Origin: Hydrolagus colliei
Lineage: Eukaryota
Assembly: GCA_035084275.1 (NCBI GenBank)
Contig: CM068757.1
Coordinates: 9,796,001 to 9,860,000, forward strand
Direction of reading: 5' to 3'
DNA: 64,000 bases
Numbering within the stretch: the first letter of the stretch is position 1; the number at the start of each line of letters is the position of its first letter. A program made the position numbers and the translations under genes. Under the pieces are notes generated by a model. That model ran no database searches and was not told the origin of the DNA. It was given only the letters and a program-made list of their open reading frames with translations. Positions 14,401 through 25,400 of this stretch are shown here, piece after piece.

Positions 14401-16934
14401 TACATCTAAACAGGGCTGGGACCAATATCCACGAGGGAAGTTATCTAGTGCTGCAGGGGAGGCTTTAAACTAATTTTGAGTGGGGAAGGGAATGCAAAAA
14501 GCAGGGGTCCAATAAAATTAGATAAGACGGGGGGAGGGTGGGGAGGGGGGAATGCAGAACAGGCCAAGTCATCTTGGAGTGTGACAAACAAGATTGGTGA
14601 GCTGCAGGCTCAAGTTGCCGCAGGGGGATATGATATAGTACAGCAACGGAGACTTGGCTCAAACATAGGCAAGAATGGGAGCTGAATATTCCTGGCTATA
14701 CAACAACAACAAAATTACATTTGTATAGCGCCTTTCACATCAGGAGGACATCCCAAGACATGGAAAGCACTATACAAAATGTAAGGATTATTATTATTAT
14801 TATTATAAGATTCTATGATGCTACGAACATTTAAATGAGATCAGTGTCTTTGCCTCAGCCACCTTTTCTGACAAACTGTCCGAACCATTAATTATCTTAT
14901 CCATAAAAAAAACTTCCTGGGGTATGTCCTGAAATTGCCATTTCAATTTTAAACCCATGTTCTCTTGCCTTGGTCCATCCTAAAGCATTATTCTGAGTTC
15001 CTTTTTTATATTATCATGCATGAATTGGTACTGCATTTCAAAATGATATTTATTTTTAATCTATTTTTAAAACAAATTAATTGTTTTTTTGCTTCACTTG
15101 TTTCATTCAATTAGATACAGCAAAGCGTGAATACAATCAAGTCAAGCACGATGATTCCATTGAATCCAAGTCTGGAACTGATAAACCTCAGCAAACACCC
15201 ATTGAATGCAAACAATTTTGCATTACTTCTGATGAACTTGCCACTCCCCTTAAACCACATTCCACTGCCCCTAAACCACCACTTTCCACTGCCCCTATAC
15301 CACCACTTTCCACTGCCCCTAAACCACCACTTTCCACTGCCCCCAAACCACCACTTTCCACTGCCCCCAAACCACCACTTACCACTGCCCCCAAACCACC
15401 ACTTACCACTGCCCCTAAACCACTTCTTACTGACCCTCATGAAACTCCAACTGACCCTAAACCAACTTCCACTGACCTTCAACGAACTCCCGCTGACCAT
15501 AGACCACTTCCCGTTGTCCCTAAACCAACTCCAACTGACTCTCAACCAACTCCCACAGACCCTCAAACAACTCCAACTGACCCTCAATCAACTCCCGTTG
15601 ACCCTAACCCACCTCCCACTAGCCCTAAACCACATCCCACTGACCATAAACCACCTCCCACAGACCTTAAACCGACTCCCACAGAACGCAAACTAACTCC
15701 CACTAACCCTCAACCAACTCCCATTGACCCTCAACCAACTTTCACAGACCCTCAACTAACTTCCACTGCCCCTAAACCATTTCATACTGACCTTAATCCA
15801 AGTCCCAATGAACGCAAACCACCTGCTACTGAGCCTAAACCTCATCCAGCTGCCCTTAAACCAAACACTGCTGACCATAAACCAACACCCACGGAATGCA
15901 AACCATCTCCCACTGACCCTCAACCAACTCCCACTGACCCCAAACTACCTCCCATTGACCCTAAACCACCTCCCACTGACCCTAAACCAACTCTAAATGA
16001 CCCTAAACCACCTCCCACTGACCCTAAACCACCTCCCACTGACCCTAAACCAACTCTAAATGACCCTAAACCACCTCCCACTGACCCTAAACCACCTCCC
16101 ATTGCCCCTAAATCACCTCCCACTGACTCTAAACCACTTCCCACTGACTCTAAACCACTTCCTACTGACCCTAAACCAACTCTAAATGACCCTAAACCAC
16201 CTCCCACTGACTCCAAACCAACTCTCACTGACCCTAAACCGCCTCCCACAGACCATAAACCACCTCCTGCTGCCCCTAAACCACCTCCCACTGACCCAAA
16301 ACTATCTCCCATTGACCCTAAACCAACTCTCACTGACCCTAAACCACCTCCCACTGACTCTGAACCAACTCTCACTGACCCTAACCCACTTCCCACTGAA
16401 CCTAAACCACCTCCCATTGACCATACACCACCTCCTGCTGCCCCTAAACCACCTCCCCCTGACCATAAACCACCTCCCACTGACCATACACCACCTCCCA
16501 CTGACCATAAACTACCTCCCACTGACCCTAAACCACCTCCCACTGACCCTAAACCAACTCTAAATGACCCTAAACCAACTCTCACTGACCCTAAAGTACC
16601 ACCCACTGACTCCAAACCACCTCCCACAGACCCCAAACCACCTCCCACTGACCCTAAACCACCTCCTGCTGCCCCTAAACCACCGCCCACTGCCCCTAAA
16701 CCACCTCCCACAGACCATAAACCACTTCCCACTGACCATAACCCACCTCCTGCTGCCCCTAAGCCAACTCCCACTAATCCTAAACCACCTCCCACTGAAC
16801 CTAAACCAACTCCCACTAAACGTAAACCACCTCCTACTGATCCTAAATTAACTCCCACAGATCCTAAACCTCCTGTGCTTGACCCGAAATCTGCCCCCAT
16901 TGAACCAAGTTCTGTTTCCGTTGAACCTGATTGA
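8380..16934 (+). CDS. NCR3LG1-like: Gene 1: B7-H6/NCR3LG1-like type I membrane protein, SP-IgV-IgC1-TM plus ~600-aa Pro-rich tail (874 aa)
   Basis: Exons 8380-8431, 9668-10018, 11697-12023, 13128-13202 and 15115-16934 total 2625 nt, open, all introns GT-AG phase 1. V motif RPGA...GNASLYLPSVQMEESGAYTCTVYVTP and C1 motif CEVSRFHP...W...NKDGTFNV...YKC resemble B7-H6 as I recall it. Family-level call, not orthology. Confidence 0.85.
9668..10018 (+). CDS. Gene 1 exon 2, IgV domain
   Basis: 117 codons. Motifs LLNC, VTW, ASL and GAYTC. Confidence 0.92.
11697..12023 (+). CDS. Gene 1 exon 3, IgC1 domain
   Basis: 109 codons. Motifs CEVSRFHP, ISW, NKDGTF and YKC. Confidence 0.92.
13128..13202 (+). CDS. 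Gene 1 exon 4, transmembrane helix
   Basis: VPAIVGGVGVLLVCALCVAIWIYCK, with a ccag| acceptor and g|gtaag donor. Confidence 0.85.
13290..14700 (+). mobile_element. CR1-type LINE 5' part (5'UTR, degenerate ORF1, start of ORF2)
   Basis: 5' subrepeats (ccagagtgag). ORF1-like HVYRKCFRLLELELKISELEG, followed by an esterase-like remnant (gtcattggggat...tgttgcctcactgatgccagggtt). Endonuclease start NKIGELQAQVAAGGYDIV...ELNIPGY. Confidence 0.7.
15115..16934 (+). CDS. Gene 1 exon 5, Pro/Thr/Asp/Lys-rich tail
   Basis: ttag|at acceptor in phase 1, 606 aa open to TGA, largely PPTDPKP-like repeats. Confidence 0.8.
15260..16900 (+). repeat. Coding minisatellite: 7 x 24-bp units (TAPKPPLS) then ~70 x 21-bp units (PPTDPKP)
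   Basis: Consensus near actgaccctaaaccacctccc. Unit number estimated from span divided by 21. Confidence 0.95.
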
Positions 16935-17094
16935 TTCAAACTCTGTTTTCACAGAATCTCTCTCTTAATCTACCAAATCCTTTCTTTCACATACCGAATC
17001 CCTCCTTGATTTCATAGCCCCACTTTTCACTAACACCATGATTCCATTGAATCAAATCTGGTTTTATTAATCTTAATGTTGTTTTTGTAATGAA

Positions 17095-17815
17095 GGGTGG
17101 AAATGGCAATCAACCCAACGTCAGTACCAGGGAAACATCTGGAGACTATAATGCAGGACAATATAAATTCTCACTTAGAAAATATGGTTTAATAAAGGAT
17201 AGTCAACATGGATTTTTTTAAAGGCAGATCGTGTCTGATAAACCTAATAGAATTTTTGGATTAAGTGACTGAGAGGGTGGGTGCAGGTAGAACAGTGAAT
17301 GTAGTTTATCTGGATTTTCAAAATGCATTTGACCACACAAGGGTACAAGGGTACCACACAAGTGATTTATAAACAAAATAGAAGCCCACAGTATTAAAAA
17401 GGGATGGTGGCAATGCAGATCCAGAACTGGCTAGGAGACAGAAAGCAGAGAGTGGTAGTGAACAATTGCTTTTCTGACTGGAGGGAGATATGTAGTGATG
17501 TGAAAGTGGCTCTATAAATACAATTTTTTTTTGGTGGTGGTGGTGCCCCTCAGAGGTCGGTATTGGGACCACTGCTCTTTCTGAACTATATAGATCTGGA
17601 CCTGGATATAGGGAGCACAATTTCCAAATTAGCAGATGATACTAAGCTAGGATATGTAGTAAATTATGTGGAGGATAGACTCCAAGAGGACTTAGACAGA
17701 TTGGTGAAATGGGCAGGAACATGGCAGATGAGGTTTAATGTCGAGAAATGCGAAGTGTTGCCTTTTGGTAGGAAGAATGAGGAGAGACAGTATAAGGTAA
17801 ATGGTACCATTTTAA
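17095..17815 (+). mobile_element. CR1-type LINE reverse transcriptase fragment
   Basis: Remnants of SCLINLIEF, VVYLDFQNAFD, VLGPLLF, ISKLADDTKLG and QMRFNVEKCEV, with frameshifts. Confidence 0.85.
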
Positions 17816-18164
17816 CAACAACAAAACAACACTTGTATCGCGCCTTTCACATCAGTAGGACGTCCCATCATTCCATCTTTGCTTGGTTTCATTAGTGCTG
17901 CAAACCCCAGTGAGTTGAACGGAACTCAATCCTGGTGACCCTTTGAATTACTTACTCTTTCGCCTCATTCAAGATCTAGCTCTTTGACCACACTTTCGAT
18001 TATCTTTCCTCTCCTCACCCCGTTTGTCTTCCACTTCCGATTGGATCCCCAGCCAGCGTCAAACAAGTTGGCGTGTACTGTATTATTAATTTGAAAGGTA
18101 TTATGTATAAGGTATTGTATATAATATAATCATATAATAATATAACATAATAAACAATAAAATG

Positions 18165-18343
18165 ACATTGTTTGTGGGACACTGCTGTGCGCAATTTGGC
18201 TGCCGCATTTCGCCCACAAATTTACAGTCAATTTTCCTGCTCTTTTCCATCCTGCCCCGACTCCTCCCCCTGCTCTTGTCCCTACCTAACTGTACAGCAC
18301 CTTGGGATGTCCTCTCGACATGAAAGGGTTTTAGAAATGTAAG

Positions 18344-18421
<78 letters not shown>

Positions 18422-18423
18422 GA
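18165..18423 (+). mobile_element. Deu-domain-like SINE with (GATT)n tail
   Basis: Core tttgtgggacactgctgtgcgcaatttggctgccgc. (GATT)n of about 19 units at 18347-18420. Close copy at 21467-21660. Confidence 0.75.
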
Positions 18424-19084
18424 TAAATATCAAAGAATGGAATTTCAGAATTTTTTTTGTAGCTTGACCTATACAGGGTTCTTCAGTGGAAAAATCCTCA
18501 AGTTAATTGGGTTTTAGACTGAATTTACAGCTGGCCATTAGGTCCAGAGTAACAAACATTGACAAATTCATTTTATAAAGTACCTGTGATATCCCAAACA
18601 TTACCGAGTACACTTGGATGATCACAAACTTCCTGCCGCTGAACAATGACAGTATGGAAGCCATACTCCTTGGTTCCCATCATTGCCTTCTTTCCTGCGT
18701 CCCTGACCTCTTCAACTTCCCTGGCCACTCCATAAGAATTACTGAACCCTTATGCAATCTTGGCATCAGGTTCAATTCCCAGCTGTCTTTCCTATCCCAC
18801 ATCCGATCCCTGACCAGGGCTGCTTTCCACCACAGCTGTTACATTGCCTACACTCCAAATGTACCTTATACCAGAAGCTTCCAAACTTTAAATAGCAGCA
18901 TCCCCCCTAACTCAGCAAAGGTTTTGTTGTGCTCACAAAGATTCCATGAAATGAATGATCAATTGTAACCAGAGGATTATTGGCCAAGACACTAGCAATA
19001 ACCCCTTCTTTCTTTGCATAGTAGCACAGAATCTTTAAATTGCCTACAAAATACACAGTTGCTGCACTCAACAGTAAATCATGT

Positions 19085-19605
19085 AAACAACAACAACTTT
19101 GATTTATATAGCGCCCTCCACGCTGGACGGTGTCTCAGAGCGCTTCACAGTAGCAGATCCCAGGAACAAGCTAGGGGCAGGGGTAGAAAGGTGAACAAAG
19201 GTGCGGTCGAAGAGAAAGGTCTTCAGCTGGGACCTGAAACTGGGAAGAGAGGGGGTGAAGGGAGTGAGGAAGGGCGTTCCAGAGCCTTGGGGAGTGGTGG
19301 CTGAAGACACGGCCGCCGAGGGTGGAACGGAGGATTCGGGGGACATGGAGGAGGCCAGATCTGGTGGAGCGAAGACAGCGGGTGCTGGTTTGGGGAGAGA
19401 GATCAGAGAGATAGGTGGGTGCAGAGGAGTAGAGGGACTTGAAAACAAGGGTGAGGATCTTGAAGTCGATCCTCTCTGGGATAGGGAGCCAGTGAAATGT
19501 GGTAAGGACTGGAGTAATGAGGAAGTGAAGCTTGGTGCGGGTGAGTATGCGGGCGGCAGTATGTAAAGCACTTTGAGACTGCTCAATGCATTGTATTAAA
19601 TGCAA
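19085..19605 (-). mobile_element. L2 LINE 3' fragment
   Basis: Minus ORF with ARILTRTK...FHWLPIPERIDFKILTLVFKSL...STLGGRVFS, and an aacaacaac tail at 19085. Confidence 0.8.
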
Positions 19606-20244
19606 GAATTATTATTGAACATCCAGTTGAACAGGCGGATGAAACCCAGTTTAACATCTTATCAAAAGAACACAAACTCTATTGATGCAACACTAGCCAC
19701 ACTGTACAGGTATGTCAGCTGACACCATGAACTCAAAGCCCCAAAATAGAACTTGACCCGGCAACCTTCTGATTCAGAAACATGAATGCTAATAAGCCAG
19801 GTTGGGACAATTCATTGGAACTTAAAAAAACAATGAAATATGTGGCCCATAATATTTTCATATTCGCTGCTGAGTATGTAAAATGTACTGTATATATGAA
19901 TCATAGTGATTAAAATATAATGCATTGGAAGTCAATGATTATTTTCAAATATGATTGATGTCATAATGTAATACCCTTTGAGTGGGTGTTTTGACGATTT
20001 GATCACTGATTTGAAATCAGTCAAATTTAACTTGAAATTTGTTTCGTTTAGGAAGGCAGTTTCGAGAATGATGCTTTTCAGCAAAGCTTATTGTATAATT
20101 TCTGTTTGATTAATTTATATTGCTGTCAATGTTAAATGCCTTGTAATGTTGCCTTGTCATTCCAAAACTACAATACATATTTATATATAGTACTTTACAA
20201 CCTTAATCTGTCTGTGATATTTTCATACATATTTGTATATCATG

Positions 20245-20630
20245 GAGTCTTGTAGTTCGGTGATTAGAGCACTCACCGTACAAGCGTGAGACCAATGTTC
20301 GAATCCAGGCAGAGCAGGGTGAAATCTTGGGCAAGTTTCCTTACTTCACTTACATGCATAATAATCCCTCAAAAAAAAACAATAATAAAATTGGTCATTT
20401 CAATCCACGACTGTTTGTGGAATACTGCTGTGTTCAATTTGCTGCTGCATTTCACCCACAAGTAGATAGTCAATTCATTTTACAGTATATTCTGTGAAGC
20501 ATTTTAAGACATCTAGAAGATGTGAAAAGTGCTTTATCAAGTGCAAGTGTTATTCTTATTATTCTGTGAAGCGCTTTAAGGCAACTAGAAGATGTGAAAA
20601 GCACTATATCAAATGCAAGGATTATTATTA
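20245..20630 (+). mobile_element. tRNA-headed SINE with Deu-like core and L2-like tail
   Basis: A and B boxes (tagttcggtgattag, gttcgaatcc), core ctgtttgtgg...gctgctgcatttc, and tail aaagcactatatcaaatgcaaggattattatt. Confidence 0.7.
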
Positions 20631-21107
20631 TAATAATATTCTAACTCACTCCTCACCGGTCTCCCATGCATCACCCTTGACAAGCCCCAACTCATCCAAA
20701 AATTGCTTCCTGCAACATAACTTGCAACAAACTCCACACACCCATCCCTCCAGCCCTTTCGATTCTCCACTGGCTCCCCCATTTCACAGTGGATCAATTT
20801 TAAGGTTCGTGTTGTAACCTACAAATCTATCCACTCCTTGCAACCCCTTTATCACTCTGATCTTTTACTCCATTTCCCCCCCCCCCCCCCCCACTTCCTC
20901 CGCTCTGGTAATCTAGGCTTTCTCCACATCGTTAATCGAGCTTTCATTCCAATACCCCCAACCTGTGGATCTCCCTCCCCCTACAATTTCATATCAACTC
21001 TCTTTCTCTTTGAATCCTACCTAAAATCGCATCTCTTTAAACTCCCATGAAAGATGTTTAATGCCACTAATATTCTGCTTGAAATATTTTATTTATGTAC
21101 CGTAGAT

Positions 21108-21736
21108 GTGTCTTAGATTTTGAGAACTTTCTCTCCACAAAGAAAGTGTTGGCAAATGAAGAAGTTCTCCTGGAATGCAAAGTAACCAGTTATGATAAAT
21201 CAGAACTTGATACGACTTTCACAACTGTTAATATGACTATTGTCAAATAGGTTTAAAGAAAGTCTAGAGTGTACACATTCAATGGAGGGAATCGTACATT
21301 TACAAGACTTGGAGTGAAAATTTTTGTTCATGAATTATTGGAAAGAAATGCCTTCCTTTATCAGCCAAATATACTCTCTTCCTCCCTGACTTTACCCCTA
21401 TCTCACCATTCCCTCCCTCTCTCCCCTTGCTCTCTTTTCCGCCTTTCTCCCCTGGCCCCATTTCCGTGACTGTTTGTGGGACACTGCTGTGTGCAATTTG
21501 GCTGCCGCGTTTCGCGCACAGATATAGTCAATTTTCCTGCTCTTTTTCATCCTGCCCCAACCCCTCCCCACCCGCTCTTGTCTCTACATAACTGTACAGC
21601 GCCTTGGGACGTCCTCTCGAGGTGAAAGGGTTTTATAAATGTTTTGATTGATTGATTGATAGCTGGAAGAGAGAGAACTGTACACCTGGACTGTTTATAT
21701 CACCGTACAAAAAGAACAGAGAGCTACTCGTGAAAG
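21108..21736 (+). pseudogene. Orphan degenerate IgV pseudo-exon (copy of gene 1 exon 2) interrupted by a SINE-containing insertion
   Basis: Colinear with 9668-10018 including the upstream intron (atgaaagatgt...gaaatatttt). It has frameshifts, a damaged acceptor and an insertion at ~21375-21660. Confidence 0.8.
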
Positions 21737-22288
21737 GTGAGGCTGTCAAATCCAATTCCATGTCCTGAAAATAAAACCTAGATTTAGCCTGCCATTCTGT
21801 AAATCTTAATCTGGAAACCAGATTGGTTTTGTGGAGTTGCAGAAAAGTGACTTCAAAATTATGATTGAGTATAAGAAATTTCCATAATTCAGCGTGAATT
21901 TAAATTGTAAGAGAAAATTGTCTCACAGGCTAAGACCGTGGGTTCCTGGAATGGAGGGACGTGTGTTAAGTGTGCCAACAATTTTTTTTAAAAAAAGCAA
22001 CATCTGAGCATATATAGATACCGGATGATAATCTGGAAGAGAAAATTTGTTTCTTCTTTAAAAAAAAATGCAGAACACCATTGGAATGTAAAATGTCTCA
22101 ATTAAAATAATGATGTTATATATGCCTAACATGCAGAAAGATAGCATCAAGCATCCCCCCCACCCCAACACCCCTATTTAAATTCTGTGACTGGTGCATT
22201 TGTTGGATGATCCCTGTGAGGCTGAGACCAGCGGGGGGAGCTGGCTGTACAGCTCGGGTTGCTGGGTTGTCTGCGTAACATCCAAAAA

Positions 22289-22304
22289 GAAAGTGAAACT
22301 GAAA
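22289..22304 (+). promoter_or_regulatory. ISRE/IRF-E, gene 2 promoter
   Basis: GAAAGTGAAACTGAAA (three GAAA half-sites), starting 112 bp upstream of ATG 22401. Confidence 0.75.
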
Positions 22305-22400
22305 TGCGACTTTTTTTTATTACAGTAATTTCGGGAACAGTTCAAAATGGTTCCGATCAGAGTCGGCCGGCGACAGTGGCTTAGGGTAAAGCTTCCAGCC

Positions 22401-22464
22401 ATGGGAGTCAACCTGTGTGTCCTGGTGTGGGCTCTGATGTCCAGCGGTCCCTTCTGCTCGGCAG
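22401..22464 (+). CDS. Gene 2 exon 1, signal peptide
   Basis: MGVNLCVLVWALMSSGPFCSA, followed by g|gtagtg. Confidence 0.8.
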
Positions 22465-25400
22465 GTAGTGAAGTAACTCGCTTTATAGCAACCTGTCTGG
22501 TTGCCTTGTTTGGTTGCTGTGGGGTGTGTGTGTGTGGGGGGGGGGGGGGGGAGGGGGTAATAGAGGAGTGAAATCAACATGTTCTTGTTATCACATTATA
22601 ATTCTTTCCATTTCAAAAAAAACCTGTAGGTTTCTAATGGCAACGAAAAATCCAGATGCTTTAAGAGCTGCCTTTTATGCTTGTGTGAATTTGTCGGCTA
22701 CAGTCCTGTTAATACCGAGGCGCGACCCAACCCTTGCTCTGAGCAAATGCTGTTTTCACTAGTAGATCACACTGGGCCTGGATAAAGACCCTTTAGATCT
22801 ATCCCCCCCCCCCCCCATCGGGAAAGGCACCCTATAAATGCAATTTTGTTGTTACTGTTGTTGTACCCTCTGGGTGAAGAAATACTCTTGAGGTGTCTGC
22901 TCTTTCCAATCATTAAATGTGTGCTTCTGTCCCTGAGAGGATCGACTTCAAGATCTTCACTCTTGTTTTCAAGTCCCTCCACTCCTCTGAACCCCCCCTA
23001 CATCTCTGATCTCCTCTCTCCCCAAACCAGCACCCGCTGCCTTCGCTCCACCGGGTCTGGCCTCCTCCATGTCCCTCAAATCCTCCGCTCCACCCTCGGC
23101 GGCCGTGCCTTCAGCCACTCTGCCCCGATGCTCTGGAACTCCCTTCCTCACTCCCTTCACCTCGCACCCCCCCCCGCTCTTCCCAGTTTCAGATCACAGC
23201 TAAAGACCTTTCTCTTCAACTATGCCTTTGGTCACCTGTTTACCCCTGCCCCTGGCTCTGTCCCGGGATCCGTTACTGTGAAGCGCTTTGTGACACCTTT
23301 CGGTGTGGAGGGTGCTATATAAATCAAAGTTGTTGTTGTTGTTGTCCCCTTGTTCTGCTGTCTCTGTACATCTGAAAAAAATTGTTCTGGCCTTACTTTC
23401 TCAATTCAATTTTAAAACAATCATAACTTGCTGTTATATAATTGTCTTCGCGTGGGCTAGTGCTCCGGAGATCTTAACAATGGTACAGTTTGATGCAGAT
23501 CTGGGGAGAGGTGACAGTAGACTCGGTCAAAGGAAAAGGTCTTTGGGTGAGATTTGAATTTGAACATGGGCCAAACAAGTTGGAGGGATTGAAGCAAAGG
23601 AGTTCCAGGTTTTCAGGAAGTATGGACAGAAAGCATGGCCACAGAAGGTGGAGGAGAGGGGATGAGGGATATGCAGAAGGTCAGAGTGGTAGGCGGGTGC
23701 TGGGTATGAAGAGATTTAGAGGTAAGAGCAGAGATCTTGAAATCGATCCATTCTGTAACAGGACATGAGTGGAGTCTGGCCAGTGCTGGGGTCATGGGAG
23801 TGCGGAGCCAGGTAAAGGGGAGAATGTGGCTGCGGAGTTTTGAATCAGTTGGATTTTGTGAATGGCGGAGCTGGGGAGACCGGCATTGTAGCAAGTAGGA
23901 GAAATCTTGTAGCAAAGTCTGTTTGAATTTAGCTCAGCAATAGTCTGTGCTTTTAAAATCCACCATTAGGTTACACATTGTTTACAATCTACAGTAGTTG
24001 TATTTGATGGCACATTTGTTAAGAATAACACTATCCCTTGTCAAGTAATGTGATTTCCTCTTGATGTAAGAAAGTGTGTTTTTAAATAATAAACCACTCA
24101 GAACAACTTTGGTTGACCAACATAAAGTGATGGATGTTTCAATGTAACACTAAGAATTCCGAAACAAACACCCTTCATAAGTGCCTTGATATTGTTTGTG
24201 GTAAGAGTTACAAGCTTGAAGGGCTTAGATGTTATTCTTAGTGAAGGGCACTGTATAAAGTGTATAATTTTGTTTTCTGTCATCTGCAGGTACCTTAGAC
24301 GTAACCATGTTTAAAGGTGCAAAGGAAGTGCTATTAGACGCAACAGTTAACCTCGAGTGCAAACTAGCTAAACATGTACCAGGTACACTTAACCTTGAAC
24401 AGGTGGGCGTACAGTGGATGTTCACCCGAAAGGATGGAACGCCGGAAGAAATCTATGTGTACAATGGACAAAAACATCTTCCAAAGAGAGCAGGAACAAT
24501 GATGTCAGACAAACTCTTAAAACTAGGAGATGCAACCCTTGAACTTTCTAAAGTACAATTTGAACACGAGGGACTATACACATGTATTATATTTGTTACT
24601 CCAGATAAAGGAGAAATGTCTGGATCAATTTTGGTGTCAGGTAAAAGAGATTCAACAAGCTGTACATTGGGATATGTGTTGAGATGTAAAGAGCATTTGA
24701 AGATAGGAACAGGAGTAAATTGTTCAGCCTGACCAGACAACTTCACCATTTATTAGACCATGGCTGATCTGCAAATTTTATTTCCCTACCATTTTATCAG
24801 ATCCCTTGAAGCCAGTCAGGAATCTGGGTGTCTAGTTTTGACCCTGAACTGTCCATCTTACCCCACAAATGAGCCATGACCAGAACTGCCTTCCACCATC
24901 CCCATAACATTGCCAGACTCTGCCACTGCCTCACCCCTCAGGCTGCTGAAACCCTCGTCCATGTATGCATCACATCAAGGCTCGACTAAGGAAATGCCCT
25001 CCTCGTTGGCCTTCCTGGCTCTTTCCTTCACAAGCTGCGGATCATGCAGATGTCTGCAGCTCATGTCCTCTCCCGCACCAAGCTCTGTGACTACATCACT
25101 CCCAGCGTCACCTGGCTTCATCCCCCAGAGGATTGAATTCAAGATCCGTTTTCAAGGCCATTCACGGCCTTGACCCCTTCGACTCCCTAAGATCCTGCCT
25201 GCCCCCTCCATTCACCAGGCTCCGGTCTGATCCATGTCCCCCGCACAACTTGCCCTACCATTGGTGGACGGGCTTTCAGCCCCTCTGCCCCCACACTCTG
25301 GAACTCCACCCCACAGTCCCTTCGCCTGGTTCCTCACTTGCCTCCTTCAAGGCCAGTCTCAAGATCCTCCTCCCAACTCTCTCCCTCCCCTCCAAAATCT

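Noticed and set aside
15920-16939. 339-aa Gly/Ser/Val-rich minus-strand ORF and other overlapping ORFs in 15111-16851
   Set aside because: These are shadows of the 21-bp coding minisatellite. Only the + frame links by splice phase to the TM exon.
20245-20320. tRNA gene
   Set aside because: It has A/B boxes but no convincing cloverleaf, and it continues into a SINE body.
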